The translations under genes were made by a program, and so were the position numbers. The notes below the pieces were generated by a model, which ran no database searches, was not told where the DNA came from, and saw only the letters and a list, made by a program, of their open reading frames with translations. A DNA stretch of 57,787 bases, the filler included, from Bipalium vagum (Eukaryota): the NCBI GenBank assembly GCA_037834085.1. It is 3 parts of 3 records of this genome, joined end to end, with 100 filler letters (N's around TTAATTAATTAA, not from the genome) between each part and the next. Parts side by side here need not be neighbours in the genome. Positions count along the whole stretch, not along the records: positions 33,763 to 57,787 come from JBBMKC010203601.1; 2 more parts are not named here. The stretch is one strand, 5' to 3'. This document shows positions 54,150 through 57,787 of the stretch, piece after piece. How positions within the stretch are numbered: position 1 is the first letter of the stretch; the number at the start of each line of letters is the position of its first letter.

Positions 54150-54741
54150 AAGAAAAACAATGATAGCATTTCTGCAAAAGACACCGACATTGAGGTGTTA
54201 ATGAGTTGAGATGAGACTATGAAACGCCAATTTAATCTATCTTATCAAAAAGTTAGCCGATACCAAATTAGTGGTATAATGAAAAATCTGTAATAACTAC
54301 TGTTAAACATCCCCTTCATTGACGGTATTGGATGATATCAACGTCAATGGTCCTGTATTTTTGAACTTTGAATAACCCAGGATTACCATTAATGCAGTAA
54401 ATTAGTAATTAGTTAGGAGTTAGAAATTGCACCGTACTTTAATAGAGTTCTATGTTGTCATGTAAATTCTATGAAAGCTTTGGATCATGAGGAAAACCCC
54501 AAAGTACTGATACCTTTGCCTGAATCATCTCTGCATTTAAGTCTTATCAAAAATTGTTGAAAATTAATGAAAGCAAAGGTATCCATCATTAAAACCAATT
54601 TCACATGTGGATCTGCAATTATAAAATATTGCAGAATGTTTGAAAGAAATTACACCGTTTTACTGCAAAGAATTTATTAATTCGATGCCTCGTCGAATAG
54701 AGAATGTAATATCTGCTAGTAGACATCACACTAAGTATTAA
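54150..54741 (+). mobile_element. Tc1 transposase remnant
   Basis: The C-terminus 'NSMPRRIENVISASRHHTKY*' matches the Tc1 SMPRR...TKY ending. Confidence 0.75.
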
Positions 54742-57716
54742 CTCTTTATGTACCATGTGTTTTAAATTCGGTTTTTTAATATTTTAATAAAAGGGTTATA
54801 ACTTGTTTATTTTTCTGAATTAGTCCTTTGGAGATGGAGACCAAAACTTTTTCTATTTATAAATTCTTTTCATTTGTTAGCAATAATTTATCTTATATTG
54901 TTTTGTATATTGTGATACTCAGTATCATAAGATCTTTATCAACATCGAACGTAATTTATTATACCTTTATGTATTAATCTAAAACAAAATTCAAGCAAGA
55001 GAATTTCATTGATATCCAATGATAATCAATGTTCATCAGCTTTAGAAGCCTTTCATGAACAATTTTTTGTAAGATTTAAATTTGATTATTACAGAAACCG
55101 TCTGTAAACTCAATAAATCCTTCTTCTGGTTTTTTTCAGAAATTGCTTTAAGCGAAAGTCGGGTGGAATAATATATATATTTAAAAAAATAAATAAGAAT
55201 GCGTAATTAAAATTAAAACAAAGCTTAAAAATTAATTATAATAATTATCAAAAACTTAATCAAATAAACTTGGACAAAAATTAACTAACCTGATATAACA
55301 ATGATATTTAATTTAATAAATAATTAAAATATTTTTTTAATTTATATATTATATTATATTAAATTAAATCATCAGTACGAAATATCAAATCAAAAGTATT
55401 TTATTGATTTTATAAACAGAATTTGATCATTTTTTATCATCAAAAAATACTAAATTAATAAAAAATAACTTTTTAAAGGAAAAAATAATAACCATCATCA
55501 TTTAGACATATCAACTAAGAGAAAATAAAATCGTTTTATTATTATATTATATTTATTGAATTGGTTTCCTGCTACGATTTTTTCACCTCTTTTTTCAAAA
55601 AAAATAATAATAATTGTAAAATTTATTCCTGACACAAAGTATTTGAAAAATTTTCCGATACCGACTAAAATATTGAAACAACTCTCTGAACAATTTATTA
55701 ATTAATCCATATTTATTATTTTTTAAAACTTTAATTTTACTAAAATTTAATAAAATTCTTCCGTCCAAGCTTTTAATAGAGAAATGGCAGATGTTCACTG
55801 CACACTTTTCATCAAAATAGTTACCCCAAAATCGAAAAAATTTACATTTATTATTTATACAATTTGTTCCAGTAAAATTTCAATCGGCGATTTTTGAATT
55901 GGTATTTCCATAGAAATTCGAAAATATACGAATAAACAATTGGTCGATGAGTACCCGATCTTCGTGGATTTTATGGATATGCTAATGTTAATAACGGCCA
56001 AAACCTTGTGCATCCCTTCACTTTGCATGCACCATAGAAACTAAATAATAAACTTGAAATCTTCCTAAGATTTGATTCTTATGATATCCTTACATTTATC
56101 AATTAGATGAAATAATAATGATTTTTTTGGGTTCCTTGTCAATTCTGTTATTTTTACATTTTCTAAACTATATCTACTTTAAAAGCTTTTTATGGGCTTC
56201 AGTATCTTTCACAATTTTGTCAAGCTTGGTTCTAGGTTTTCTATTACTTCATCATTCACATAACACATTTTAGACTGTTTTTCCATCATTGTCCTGTCTC
56301 CTTATATTTTATTATTATTTTTACATGAAGCTGTAAAAATAATAAATTAAATCCGATTGTGTAATTTATTTATCAACCAAAAATATTTAAATACCTCTTC
56401 CAATGCAGAATAGAATATTAAAACAACCAATAACATTTAGTTTTTATCAATTAGTCCTGTGAAAAAATTTAAATTATAATAAAAATATTAAATAATAATA
56501 CTTTGTTTAAATACTCTGTTGTTCTTTTGGTTATTAAGAAATACATTTTAAACGAACATTTCTATGAATAATAGTTCCGTTACAAGTAATTATAATAACA
56601 GAAAATATTATCAAAATTATTATTATCAAAGTTATTATAATCATAATAAATAATTATAGAAATATATATTTCTTCAATTTAATCTTTATTTAAACTATTT
56701 TTATGAAATGTTGTTAGTGAAGATTTTCCTATATTATATTGAAAATATTTTATTCGTCTAATGTCTCTTTAACAATGAAATGTGAAAGTGAATTTATAGT
56801 TAAAATATTAAATAAATATTTTAGTTTCGATTTTTCTTGTTGAAAATCATTCTCCGTCAGATGTCGTTCAATGTACATAACCTACAAACCCTAATGAAGT
56901 TTCGTGGATCTGAAGCCATCACAAAACTACAGGAGTTTTATGGAGGAATAAATAAATTATTGGACCTTCTTGGAAGTAATCAACATAATGGTAGGTTATT
57001 TGTCAAGCACATGTGTAATATATAAACAGGAATTTATGGAAATAAAATTAAAATTTTTAGCTAAAAGCTGAACTTTGATAAATAAATAAATTTCCACGAA
57101 CGGTTAATGTACATTTTTTTAATGCTTGAAAAGAGATACGTTTGCTTCGGGTGATATTGGATATTAATTATATTGAAATATTATGTTGCACGTCATTATA
57201 ACGATTATTCCCATGAGAATGGACTGACCTCAGTTAATAGAAATATAATTAATTATGTATTATTTCTAAATTTATATATAATGAATGTTTTTATTAATTA
57301 CAACATTTTCCTAATTTGTAAATAAATCTTGTCGATCGATTTTTACATTATTTTTGTCATTTCTTATTTAGTTTAAATCAAACATAAAAAAAGTCCAATA
57401 TAAATGTTTTGAAAATGTGACTGTTAGCAAAATTGTGTTTTATTGAGCAGAAAAAAATTAGTTTACCTTTCAAATTTAATTAGATGGAACAAATATTAAA
57501 TACTAAAAATATATTCTATATTCATATTTTCTTTTTCATTAAATGCTTTCAAAATATAATTATTGGATTATTTTTTTAATCTAAAATTAATTACTTGTGT
57601 CGCTATTATGCATCTGCGGAATTGATTAATAAAACAAGTTAAATATAATCCGTTCTGATTTAACATTAATATTGTTTTCCAAAGATTTATTTCAGTTCAT
57701 GAAATAAAATAATAGA

Positions 57717-57718
<2 letters not shown>

Positions 57719-57787
<69 letters not shown>
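57719..57787. repeat. (AAT)n microsatellite to the window end
   Basis: Perfect AAT tandem array. Confidence 0.95.

Overview
This is very AT-rich eukaryotic genomic DNA, probably from an invertebrate animal, using the standard genetic code and many 42-60 nt GT-AG introns. The window is three assembly pieces joined by artificial 100-nt spacers (44 N + TTAATTAATTAA + 44 N), so adjacency across 15746-15845 and 33663-33762 is not established. One complete gene can be reconstructed by hand: a 17-exon nucleoporin Nup214/Nup159 homologue of about 2040 aa (17565-25215, +). It has an N-terminal beta-propeller, an unusual FG+TQT tandem repeat, a coiled coil and a long FG/GLFS tail. There is also an isolated 6-Cys EGF/EB-like exon (14908-15036, -) and a few weaker candidate exons or genes. 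Most of the rest is decayed transposons: many Tc1/mariner, pogo, hAT (Buster/Charlie), Merlin-like, Penelope GIY-YIG and Gypsy fragments, plus MITEs. The three most unusual items are: (1) the 3' end of a Gypsy-type LTR retroelement carrying a degenerate REXO4/ISG20-like DEDDh exonuclease just before its PPT and LTR, with a related solo LTR at 46.8 kb; (2) a TRIM-like unit with PBS, about 100 bp of internal sequence and PPT, whose downstream LTR start runs directly into a tRNA-Ala-derived sequence (Cassandra-like layout); (3) candidate LC8/dynein-light-chain TQT motifs fused to FG repeats in Nup214. All calls come from manual reading and translation; no database searches were run.
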